Positions 17,490 through 26,048 of a stretch of 27,667 nt of DNA are shown piece by piece. The first letter of the stretch is position 1. Each line of letters starts with the position of its first letter. The stretch is from assembly GCA_963769025.1 (NCBI GenBank), contig CAVYKI010000011.1, positions 1 to 27,667 of the forward strand. Direction: 5' to 3'. The DNA comes from an uncultured Verrucomicrobiae bacterium. GTDB lineage: Bacteria > Verrucomicrobiota > Verrucomicrobiia > Chthoniobacterales > Chthoniobacteraceae. Under the pieces are notes generated by a model, which saw nothing but the letters and a program-made list of their open reading frames with translations, was not told the origin of the DNA and ran no database searches. Position numbers and translations under genes: made by a program.

Positions 17490-20051
17490 ATGCCCATTGT
17501 CAGCCCCATCAGCGGCTCGCTCACCGAGCAGTATGCAGACGTGCCGATGTCACGCTTTGCCCGGATCTTCGAGGCGACGACCGATGTCGTGGCGATGACG
17601 GATCGGAACGGGAAACTCCTCTACCTGAATGCCGCGGGGCGGAAGCTGCTCGATCTGCCGCAGGAGGTGGAAATCTCGGGACACACGCTCCGCGGCCTGC
17701 ATCCGGAATGGGCGTACGAGATCCTGGTGCAGGAAGGCTTCCCATGCGCGCTGGAGGAAGGCTCATGGTCGGGCGAGACGGCGCTCGTTTCGACCTCGGG
17801 CCGCGAATTCCCGGTGCTGCAGGCGGTGCTCGCGCACGTCGGCAAACACGGCGAGGTGGAGTTCATCTCGACGATCTGCCGGGACATCTCGGATCGCAAA
17901 CAGAAGGAGCTCGAGCAGATCGAATGGGCGAACCGCTATGACGCAGCCGTTCGCGCGAGCGGACAGGTCGTCTTTGACTGGGATACGCTCTCCGGCGAAA
18001 TCGCATACGGGGGCGAGATCGAGAAGCTCCTCGGCTTTTCCGTCGATGAAATGAACGGCGGCATGGAGCGGCTGCGCAAGGCGGTCCATCCCGAGGATCT
18101 GGAGTCATTCGATAAGCGGACCGAAGTGGCCTTGCTGACACGCGATCCCTTGGATCACACCTTCCGCGCGCAGCGCAAGGATGGCGGGGAGATCGCCATT
18201 CACGCAAATGGCTGCTTCTTCCTGGACCGGCAGGGGCAGCTCGGCCGGATGGTGGGGTTCCTTAAGAACGTGACGAAGGAGCGGCGGGCGCAGCGGGCGA
18301 TCCTGATGGCCAACGAACGTCTCGACCAACGGGTGACGGAGCGGACGGCGGAACTCGCCAAGGCAAACGTCGAATTGAGGAACGGTGCCCTCCGGCAGGC
18401 CGCCGTCTCGAGGCTCGGCCAGCAGGCGCTCGCCGGACAGTCGCTCGGGGACCTGATGAGCGATGCGGCGAAGATCGTACACGAGATGCTGCCGTGCGAC
18501 TGCACTTCGGTGCTCCACTACGACGAGCACGCCCTGCTCTTCAAAGTGCTCGCCCAGATCGGATGGGCCGACACCGGGGAAGCCCGGGCCCCGGTCTTCG
18601 GCGGCAACCAGTCCATGAGCGGATACACGATTCAGACCGGCGAACCGGTCGTTTCAAACGATCTCACCACGGAGACGCGATTCCAGCTCGGGGCCGAAGC
18701 CAAGGCTGCCGGCGCGAAGAGCGCCATCACGGCGTGCATCAAGACCGGAGAGCATCCCCTCGGCGTTCTGGCCTCCTTCTCGCTCCGCCGGAGGACGTAC
18801 TCGAACGACGATGTGAGCTTCGTGCAGTCCATCGCGAATGTCCTCACGGCCGCCATTGACCGGAACCACGCGGAGGAAAGCATCCGGAAGGCGCGCGCGG
18901 ATGCGGAAGCGGCGAACCGCGCGAAGAGCGAATTCCTCTCGCGGATGAGCCACGAACTGCGCACGCCGCTGAATGCGATTCTCGGCTTCACCCAGCTGCT
19001 GGAAATGGAGGAGCACACCGAGAAGCAGAACGAGAGCATCTCCCACATTTCCCGGGCGGGGCGGAACCTGCTCGACCTCATCAACGAAGTCCTCGACATC
19101 GCGCGCCTCGACGCCGGGCGCGTGCAGTTCCAGCTGGAATCGGTGGATGTCCAGGAGATGCTCCGGGAGGTCGTCACGTTTTCGACTTCCATGGCGGCGA
19201 AACGCAAGGTGACGGTCAGCATCGCGGAGGGGCCCGGCGGCTCGCAATTCGCCTCCACCGACCGCGAGCGCCTGAAGCAGTTGCTGATGAACCTCATTTC
19301 CAACGGCGTGAAGTTCAACCAGGAGGGCGGGAGCATCACCCTCGCCGTGTCGCGGGCGAATGACTCCACGTGGCGCATCAGCGTCACCGACACGGGCATC
19401 GGCATTCCGCAGGAAAAGCTCACGCGCCTCTTCGTGCCGTTCGAGCGGCTGGGCACCCGCGAAGGCGGGATCGAGGGCGGCACGGGGCTCGGCCTCGCGC
19501 TCTGCCAGCGCCTCATCACCGGGCTCGGCGGACGCATCGGCGTCACCAGCAACGTCGGCGTGGGCAGCACCTTCTGGGTCGAAGTCCCCGCAGTGGAAGC
19601 GCCGGAAGACCCGCCGCCGGCCACCAAGTCCGCCCCGCTCGCACCCCTCAGCCCGCCGGCCAAGCCGGCGATGGAAGTCCGGAAAATCCTCTACATCGAG
19701 GATGACGTGGCGAACTACTTCCTGCTCGATCGCTTCCTCAGCACCCGCAAGGACGTGAAACTGCTCCAGGCCGTCCAGGGCAGCATCGGCATCGACCTCG
19801 CGCGCGAGCACCGCCCCGCGTTGATTCTCCTCGATTTGAATCTCCCGGACATGAACGGCGAGCAGGTGCTACGGCTCCTCAGGGCCGATCCCGCGACCGC
19901 CGATATCCGCGTGGTCGCCGTCACCGGCGAGGTCGGTTCCGGGCGCGAGCAAATGCTCGCGGAACTCGGCGTGGCGGAAACCCTCGTGAAGCCCTACAAG
20001 CTGTCGGAAATCACCGCCCTCATCGAGCGCTCCCTGGCCGGGAAATGCTAG
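17490..20051 (+). CDS. Cytoplasmic hybrid sensor histidine kinase (PAS-PAS-GAF-HisKA-HATPase-REC)
   Basis: PAS (LLYLNAAG...RDISDRK; VHPEDL), GAF (GEPVV..DL..ETRF), H-box FLSRMSHELRTPLNAILGF, N-box NLISNGVKFN, DTGIGI, GTGLGL, receiver ILYIEDD...LLDLNLPD...KP. No TM segment. Confidence 0.95.
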   Translation: MPIVSPISGSLTEQYADVPMSRFARIFEATTDVVAMTDRNGKLLYLNAAGRKLLDLPQEVEISGHTLRGLHPEWAYEILVQEGFPCALEEGSWSGETALVSTSGREFPVLQAVLAHVGKHGEVEFISTICRDISDRKQKELEQIEWANRYDAAVRASGQVVFDWDTLSGEIAYGGEIEKLLGFSVDEMNGGMERLRKAVHPEDLESFDKRTEVALLTRDPLDHTFRAQRKDGGEIAIHANGCFFLDRQGQLGRMVGFLKNVTKERRAQRAILMANERLDQRVTERTAELAKANVELRNGALRQAAVSRLGQQALAGQSLGDLMSDAAKIVHEMLPCDCTSVLHYDEHALLFKVLAQIGWADTGEARAPVFGGNQSMSGYTIQTGEPVVSNDLTTETRFQLGAEAKAAGAKSAITACIKTGEHPLGVLASFSLRRRTYSNDDVSFVQSIANVLTAAIDRNHAEESIRKARADAEAANRAKSEFLSRMSHELRTPLNAILGFTQLLEMEEHTEKQNESISHISRAGRNLLDLINEVLDIARLDAGRVQFQLESVDVQEMLREVVTFSTSMAAKRKVTVSIAEGPGGSQFASTDRERLKQLLMNLISNGVKFNQEGGSITLAVSRANDSTWRISVTDTGIGIPQEKLTRLFVPFERLGTREGGIEGGTGLGLALCQRLITGLGGRIGVTSNVGVGSTFWVEVPAVEAPEDPPPATKSAPLAPLSPPAKPAMEVRKILYIEDDVANYFLLDRFLSTRKDVKLLQAVQGSIGIDLAREHRPALILLDLNLPDMNGEQVLRLLRADPATADIRVVAVTGEVGSGREQMLAELGVAETLVKPYKLSEITALIERSLAGKC

Positions 20052-20071
20052 CGCAGGCGCGCATGGCCCGG

Positions 20072-20111
20072 AAAAGCAGGAGTGCCGCGCCCCCGGAGGA
20101 ACGCGGCACCC
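20072..20111 (-). terminator. Rho-independent terminator of the outer-membrane protein gene
   Basis: Minus strand GGGTGCCGCGTTCC-TCCG-GGGGCGCGGCACTC followed by CTGCTTTT, about 30 nt after the stop at 20141. Confidence 0.75.
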
Positions 20112-20140
20112 GTTGAAAGGAACGCTGCTGTCAGTTTCGC

Positions 20141-20719
20141 CTAGAAGACGATCCGGACACCGGCGCGAACGGCGAAGTTGTTGATGTCGCCGCGGCCGAA
20201 ACGCTCGCCGTAATAGTTCCAGCGCACATCCGAGAAGATGCCGACCTTGTTCGGGACGACCCGGTGTTCGATGCCGACGCCGGCATGGCCGACGGCCCAT
20301 TGGTCGCCTTCCGCCGCGACGCCGCCGCCGACGAAGACGTACGGGGCGGTGCAGATGCTGTCGATGGGGAAGCGATAGATGAGGCTCGCGCTGAAGTTAT
20401 GGATGGTCGTCCGGCCCGTGGTTCCCGAGTAGGGAGCCTGGCTGGCCGACAGCCACGCAGCGTCGGCACCGAGGCCGAGGTTGCGGGTGAAGAAGTAGTT
20501 CAGGCCGATGCCGCCGCCCCAGCCGTGGTCGCGGATGGGACCGGCATGGTCGTTGGAATTGCCGTCATTGTACTGGCCGAACATGTCCAGCTGGAGTTCG
20601 CCGGCGCGGAAGCACTCCGTCTCGGCGACGACGGTCGTTTTGCTTTCAACCGTGCGCGTGCCCGCAAAAGCGGTGCCCGCAAATGCTGCGACGGCGAGGA
20701 GGGTGAGGGTGGTTTTCAT
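20141..20719 (-). CDS. Outer-membrane beta-barrel protein (OmpA/OmpW-like 8-strand type)
   Basis: Signal peptide MKTTLTLLAVAAFAGTAFA, alternating beta strands (WGGGIGLNYFF, APYVFVGGG, GIFSDVRWNY), C-terminal Phe (RAGVRIVF). Confidence 0.88.
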   Translation of the reverse strand: MKTTLTLLAVAAFAGTAFAGTRTVESKTTVVAETECFRAGELQLDMFGQYNDGNSNDHAGPIRDHGWGGGIGLNYFFTRNLGLGADAAWLSASQAPYSGTTGRTTIHNFSASLIYRFPIDSICTAPYVFVGGGVAAEGDQWAVGHAGVGIEHRVVPNKVGIFSDVRWNYYGERFGRGDINNFAVRAGVRIVF

Positions 20720-20967
20720 TGGTGGTTTTGCGTTGGTGTTGTGTTTTGGGTTTTGAAGCGCTGATGCGCCGCGGTGGTAATCGGGGCGGGCCCGTCCGGT
20801 GGTCGCCTTTATTTTCATCCTTTTTGGGTGCCCCAAATCCCGCTCCGCCGACCGGGTGGACGGCCTCCGCTTTCCTACATCCGTGAATGGACGAGGGGCG
20901 ATTTTGTTTCCGTCGATGGAAACCCCGCGACATCAACAAGAACCCCACCATCAACCCCAAAAAACCC

Positions 20968-21159
20968 ATGAAACTGCTCCTCCAAACCACTGCCCTGTCC
21001 CTCTCGCTGATTGCCGCCGGCTTCGCCACCGACGTGCGGAATACCAAGACCACGCGGGATATCCCCACGCCCGGCGAACCCATGGCCAAGCCGGTGAATC
21101 CCGACGCAGGCGGAGGCGTCACCACCAATGGCGTGAGGAACACCAAGACCAACAAGTAG
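20968..21159 (+). CDS. Small (63 aa) putative secreted peptide with duplicated VRNTKT motif
   Basis: MKLLLQTTALSLSLIAAGFA signal peptide. Preceded by an A/C-rich leader (...ccatcaaccccaaaaaacccATG) like that of the divergent OMP gene; C/G-ending codons. Confidence 0.65.
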   Translation: MKLLLQTTALSLSLIAAGFATDVRNTKTTRDIPTPGEPMAKPVNPDAGGGVTTNGVRNTKTNK

Positions 21160-21161
21160 CC

Positions 21162-21282
21162 TTTCGGCGGAATCCGTCGCCTCCGGGCACCTGGCAGGCA
21201 CCTTAAACGCGGGCGTCGCCCGTGGGTGAGGTGCCTTCCTGCATTTCAGGGCCGCATCCGTAGGCGGACGGAACGACGGAAA
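21162..21282 (+). ncRNA. Candidate structured RNA / long imperfect hairpin directly after the small peptide stop
   Basis: Nested inverted repeats: TCCGTCGCCT 21173-21182 / AGGCGGACGGA 21262-21272; AGGCACCT 21196-21203 / AGGTGCCT 21229-21236; GCGGGCG 21209-21215 / CGCCCGT 21217-21223. Family not recognised. Confidence 0.4.
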
Positions 21283-21545
21283 AATCCCCCATTCCCCCTG
21301 TCCGCGGAGCCCTGTTTCCTCCCTCCGTCCCCGGTCTCCTGCGCCTCTTCCCGTCTCCCCGGCTCCTGCCCCGCTGCCCGGGGTCCGTGCGGACGGCACG
21401 GACGTCCTTCCCGGCTCCCGGAGCGAACGCCTTCCTTGCAAAAACCGCCTGTTTCCCCATGCCGGGAAGCCGCCTTTGCCGCTCGGGTTGCGGTTTCGGG
21501 CCGAAAATGGCCGTTTTCGCGGTCCCATTGCCGCCCCCGCCCGCG

Positions 21546-21793
21546 CCGGGGTGCCCATTCCCCGTCCCGGGGTGCCCACTCGCGTTCCCGGGGTGGCCAT
21601 CCGGCGGCGCGGGGTGTCCCATCGCGGAGCCATGGACGCCAGTCCCGCCGCCGGGGTCCTCCATGGGCCGGGCGGAGTGCTCATTCCGAGGGCCGGGGAG
21701 GCGCCCCGGCCCGGCAAATGGGCACCCCCGCAGTCCCATGGGACACCCCGGCCCGCGGAGTGGACACCCCGGTCCGCGCACCCGGCACCCCCG
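21546..21793. repeat. Degenerate 21-bp-period repeat array arranged as a large inverted repeat (core CCGGGGTGCCCAT)
   Basis: Forward units start at 21546, 21567, 21588, 21609, (21630), 21651, 21672 and 21693. Centre hairpin CCGGGG-AGGCG-CCCCGG at 21693-21709. Reverse units (ATGGGCACCCCGG-like) end at 21730, 21751, 21772 and 21793. Confidence 0.85.
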
Positions 21794-21942
21794 GGACGCC
21801 GGGCGGCCGCATTCCCCGCGACACCCGCCCAGGCACGCCCGCGACAACGCGGCAGGAAGTGGCGCAGTCCAGACCTCGCGCCGGGAGTGCTGCCCTTCGG
21901 TTCTGCGTTGCGTTCGGCGCCGGCATCCGTCATTCGGCGTTG

Positions 21943-23541
<1,599 letters not shown>

Positions 23542-23589
23542 GAGCCTGCTTGCCATGCGGCCCTTCGCGGCCCTAAGCACCATCCCCTT

Positions 23590-23889
23590 ATGTTCAGTCA
23601 CGTCGTCATCTTTTGGACCAAACCCGAAAACCCCAACGCACCCGCCGAGCTGCTCGCCGGTGCGGAGAAATACCTGCGCCCGATCCCGGGCGTGGTCAGC
23701 TTCCACGTCGGCAGGATGGTGACGAGCCCTCGCGCGGTGGTGGACCAGAGCTATCAGGTCGCGCTGAATCTGATTTTCGAGACGAAGCAGCAGCAGGACG
23801 ACTACCAGGTGCATCCGCTGCACATCGATTTCGTGGAGAAGGTGTTCAAGCCGTGCTGCGCACGGGCGGTCATTTACGATTTCGAATAG
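23590..23889 (+). CDS. Dabb family (stress-responsive A/B barrel) protein
   Basis: MFSHVVIFW...IPGV...G...Y...L...F......DYQVHPLH..FV......YDF. Confidence 0.9.
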   Translation: MFSHVVIFWTKPENPNAPAELLAGAEKYLRPIPGVVSFHVGRMVTSPRAVVDQSYQVALNLIFETKQQQDDYQVHPLHIDFVEKVFKPCCARAVIYDFE

Positions 23890-24033
23890 GCGGCCCGGAA
23901 GCGTGCGGCGCCCGGTCCACGGCACTTGCTTTCCGCGCCCACGTGCGGAAACGTCCGCGCGCAATCGGCTGGCGCCGCGCCTGGGCCCCGGCGCGTTTCC
24001 TGCCATCGCCGGCCCGTGCCGCAACCATCATTC

Positions 24034-24837
24034 ATGAATTTTCCCGAAGCTGAGACGCTGACAAAACTCGCGCAGATCATCCTCACGGACCTCGTGCTGG
24101 CCGGCGACAATGCGCTCGTCATCGCCCTGGCCACGCGCGCTCTGCCGACGAGGCAGCGGTTCTGGGGGCGGATCTTTGGCGCGGGCGGCGCGGTGGGGCT
24201 GCGGGTGCTGTTCGTTTTCTGCATCACGTGGCTGACGGCGATACCGGTCATCCAACTCGTCGCCGGGGTGGCGCTGCTCTGGGTGGCCTGGAAACTCGTC
24301 CGCCCTCAGGAAGCGGCGCTCGAGGCCGCGGCGCATCCCGAGCACGCAAAACGCCATGCAGCCCGTTCGCTCTGGAATGCGATATACGTCATCATCGTCG
24401 CAGACATGATCATGAGCCTCGACAACGTGATCGCCATCGCCGGAATCGCCAAGGAGGGCAGCGCCTCTCCGCACGGCGAGATGGGCCTGGTGATATTCGG
24501 CCTGCTGCTTTCCATCCCGCTGGTGGTTTTCGGCAGCGCGCTGATCGCCCGCCTGATGAGCAACTACCGGTGGGTCATCTGGCTGGGCGGCGGCGTGCTC
24601 GGCCATGTAGCGGGGGAGATCATTTTCAAGGATCCGCAAGTGCTCCGCTGGCTGGGAATGCCGGCGACCTCCGGGATGTCCGGAATCGAGGTGGACAATC
24701 TGCTCAAGCTCGCGCCCGCAAGCGTGAGCTGGCTGGTGCACGGCCTGCCCTGGGTGCTGGGCGCGGTGCTTTTCTCGCTCGGCGCGTGGTGGAGCCGGAC
24801 GCACCATACGATCGCGGATGATTCCCAGCAGGCATGA
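24034..24837 (+). CDS. TerC family (YjbE-like) integral membrane protein
   Basis: IILTDLVLAGDNALVIALA, LRV, IIVADMIMSLDNVIAIAG, IFGLLLSIPLVVFGS. Confidence 0.92.
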   Translation: MNFPEAETLTKLAQIILTDLVLAGDNALVIALATRALPTRQRFWGRIFGAGGAVGLRVLFVFCITWLTAIPVIQLVAGVALLWVAWKLVRPQEAALEAAAHPEHAKRHAARSLWNAIYVIIVADMIMSLDNVIAIAGIAKEGSASPHGEMGLVIFGLLLSIPLVVFGSALIARLMSNYRWVIWLGGGVLGHVAGEIIFKDPQVLRWLGMPATSGMSGIEVDNLLKLAPASVSWLVHGLPWVLGAVLFSLGAWWSRTHHTIADDSQQA

Positions 24838-25505
24838 AGGAGAAGCCGGAAATCAAGCATCCCACGCCGGCTGAGGAGGTGATTGATCCGATCAGCGCGG
24901 ACCTCCGTTCGCTCCTGGATGTCGCGCAGGGGGAGCCGATGTCACTTGCGCAAATCGAGGCCCATCTGAAGGACCGTGGCTATGCGCTCCTGGTGCTCTT
25001 CCTCGCAGCGCCCTTTCCGATCCCCAATATCCCCGGCCTGTCCGTTCCGTTCGGGATCGCCATCATGCTCATCGGCATGGCGTTCACGCTGCGACGCAGG
25101 CCGAAGCTTCCGGGGTTCATCCTGCGGAAAAAGGTTCCCTTCACGACGCTTCAAAAAATGATCCCGTTCATCGCGCGCTTCATGGAGCGCCTCGAACGTC
25201 ACATGAAGCCGCGCCTGCAATTCCTCATCAAGGGGCCGGTCATGACGAGCATCTTCGGCCTCGGCATCGTGTCCGGCGGCCTTTTTCTCGCACTGCCGCT
25301 GCCAATCCCGCTGACCAACGGCCCCCCCGCGCTGTCGATTATTTTCCTGATCGTGGGCATGCTGTGCCGCGATGGCGTGATGGTCCTCATCGGCTATGCG
25401 CTGGGAATCATCGCGTGGGCATACCTCGCGGTCTGGATCTACTTCGGGGCCTACCTCATCCCGAAACTCCAGCTCCTCTGGGAATCCATCAAACACTGGT
25501 TTTGA
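24834..25505 (+). CDS. exoD: Exopolysaccharide synthesis ExoD family membrane protein
   Basis: RGYALLVLFLAAP..IP.IPGLSVPFG, P.LP.F, LE..MKPR, LPLPIPLTN.PPA, DG. ATGA overlap with the TerC gene. Confidence 0.85.
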   Translation: MKEKPEIKHPTPAEEVIDPISADLRSLLDVAQGEPMSLAQIEAHLKDRGYALLVLFLAAPFPIPNIPGLSVPFGIAIMLIGMAFTLRRRPKLPGFILRKKVPFTTLQKMIPFIARFMERLERHMKPRLQFLIKGPVMTSIFGLGIVSGGLFLALPLPIPLTNGPPALSIIFLIVGMLCRDGVMVLIGYALGIIAWAYLAVWIYFGAYLIPKLQLLWESIKHWF

Positions 25506-25556
25506 ACAAAAAGGCGTTTGCAATGCGCCGCCGGAACTGGTTGAAACCCCTCACCG

Positions 25557-25970
25557 ATGAAACGCCTCCTCCTCACCCTCGCCGTCGCACTCCTCGCCGG
25601 TCCGGCCCTCGCTGACATCCAGGACCCGCCGATGAACGATTACAACTCCACCAGGAAGCTCGGCCGCGCATGGGCGAACATGCTTTACTCATCGTCTGAA
25701 ATCGGGATGACCATGCAGCGCGTAAACGAACTCGAAGGAAATTCCGCGGGGGCCACCTACGGCTTCATCAAGGGCGTCAGCCGGTGGGTCGTCCGCACGG
25801 GCACGGGCATCTACGAATTCGTCACCTTTCCATTCCCCCTCAACCGCCGATCCTACCGGCCGATCCTCCGCTCGAACATCCCGTGGGTCAACGGAGGCTA
25901 CGAGGAATTCCCGCCCGAGTTTGGCTTCCAGACACGGAAACGGTATACGACCACCTCGGATCGTAACTGA
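25557..25970 (+). CDS. Secreted protein resembling the exosortase-system-associated TIGR04073 family
   Basis: Signal peptide; RKLGRAWAN...E......G..KG....V.RTG.GIYE.VTFP.P pattern. Confidence 0.7.
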   Translation: MKRLLLTLAVALLAGPALADIQDPPMNDYNSTRKLGRAWANMLYSSSEIGMTMQRVNELEGNSAGATYGFIKGVSRWVVRTGTGIYEFVTFPFPLNRRSYRPILRSNIPWVNGGYEEFPPEFGFQTRKRYTTTSDRN

Positions 25971-25990
25971 CACCGGATCGCACTTTCCCA

Positions 25991-26031
25991 TGGAGGCTTC
26001 CGTCCCCAAAGGCGGAAGCCTTCAGCTTTTT
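25991..26031 (+). terminator. Rho-independent terminator
   Basis: GGAGGCTTCCGTC-CCCAAA-GGCGGAAGCCTTC stem-loop followed by AGCTTTTT, about 20 nt after the stop at 25970. Confidence 0.8.
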
Positions 26032-26048
26032 CACCCTGTCGCTGCCTG

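Noticed and set aside
21162..21282. SRP RNA or tRNA identity for the long hairpin
   Set aside because: Lacks the SRP domain IV GGAA tetraloop/CAGG-AGCA motif and has no cloverleaf or TTCGA T-loop.
21546..21793. CRISPR array interpretation
   Set aside because: Period is only 21 nt, repeats are degenerate and invert midway, there are no 25-45-nt unique spacers, and no cas genes.
21203..21847. Heptad-repeat ORFs through the array (PGCP.../GHPG... on both strands, incl. 21387..22451)
   Set aside because: Five to six frames are open here because GC is about 80%. The same heptads appear on both strands owing to the DNA palindrome, and the + ORF overlaps ALDH out of frame. Coding is not excluded but unsupported.
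21226..21942. 239-aa N-terminal extension of the ALDH in the ORF track
   Set aside because: Low-complexity translation of the repeat region; the ALDH fold begins at ATG 21943 (MQLEGRSLIAG).
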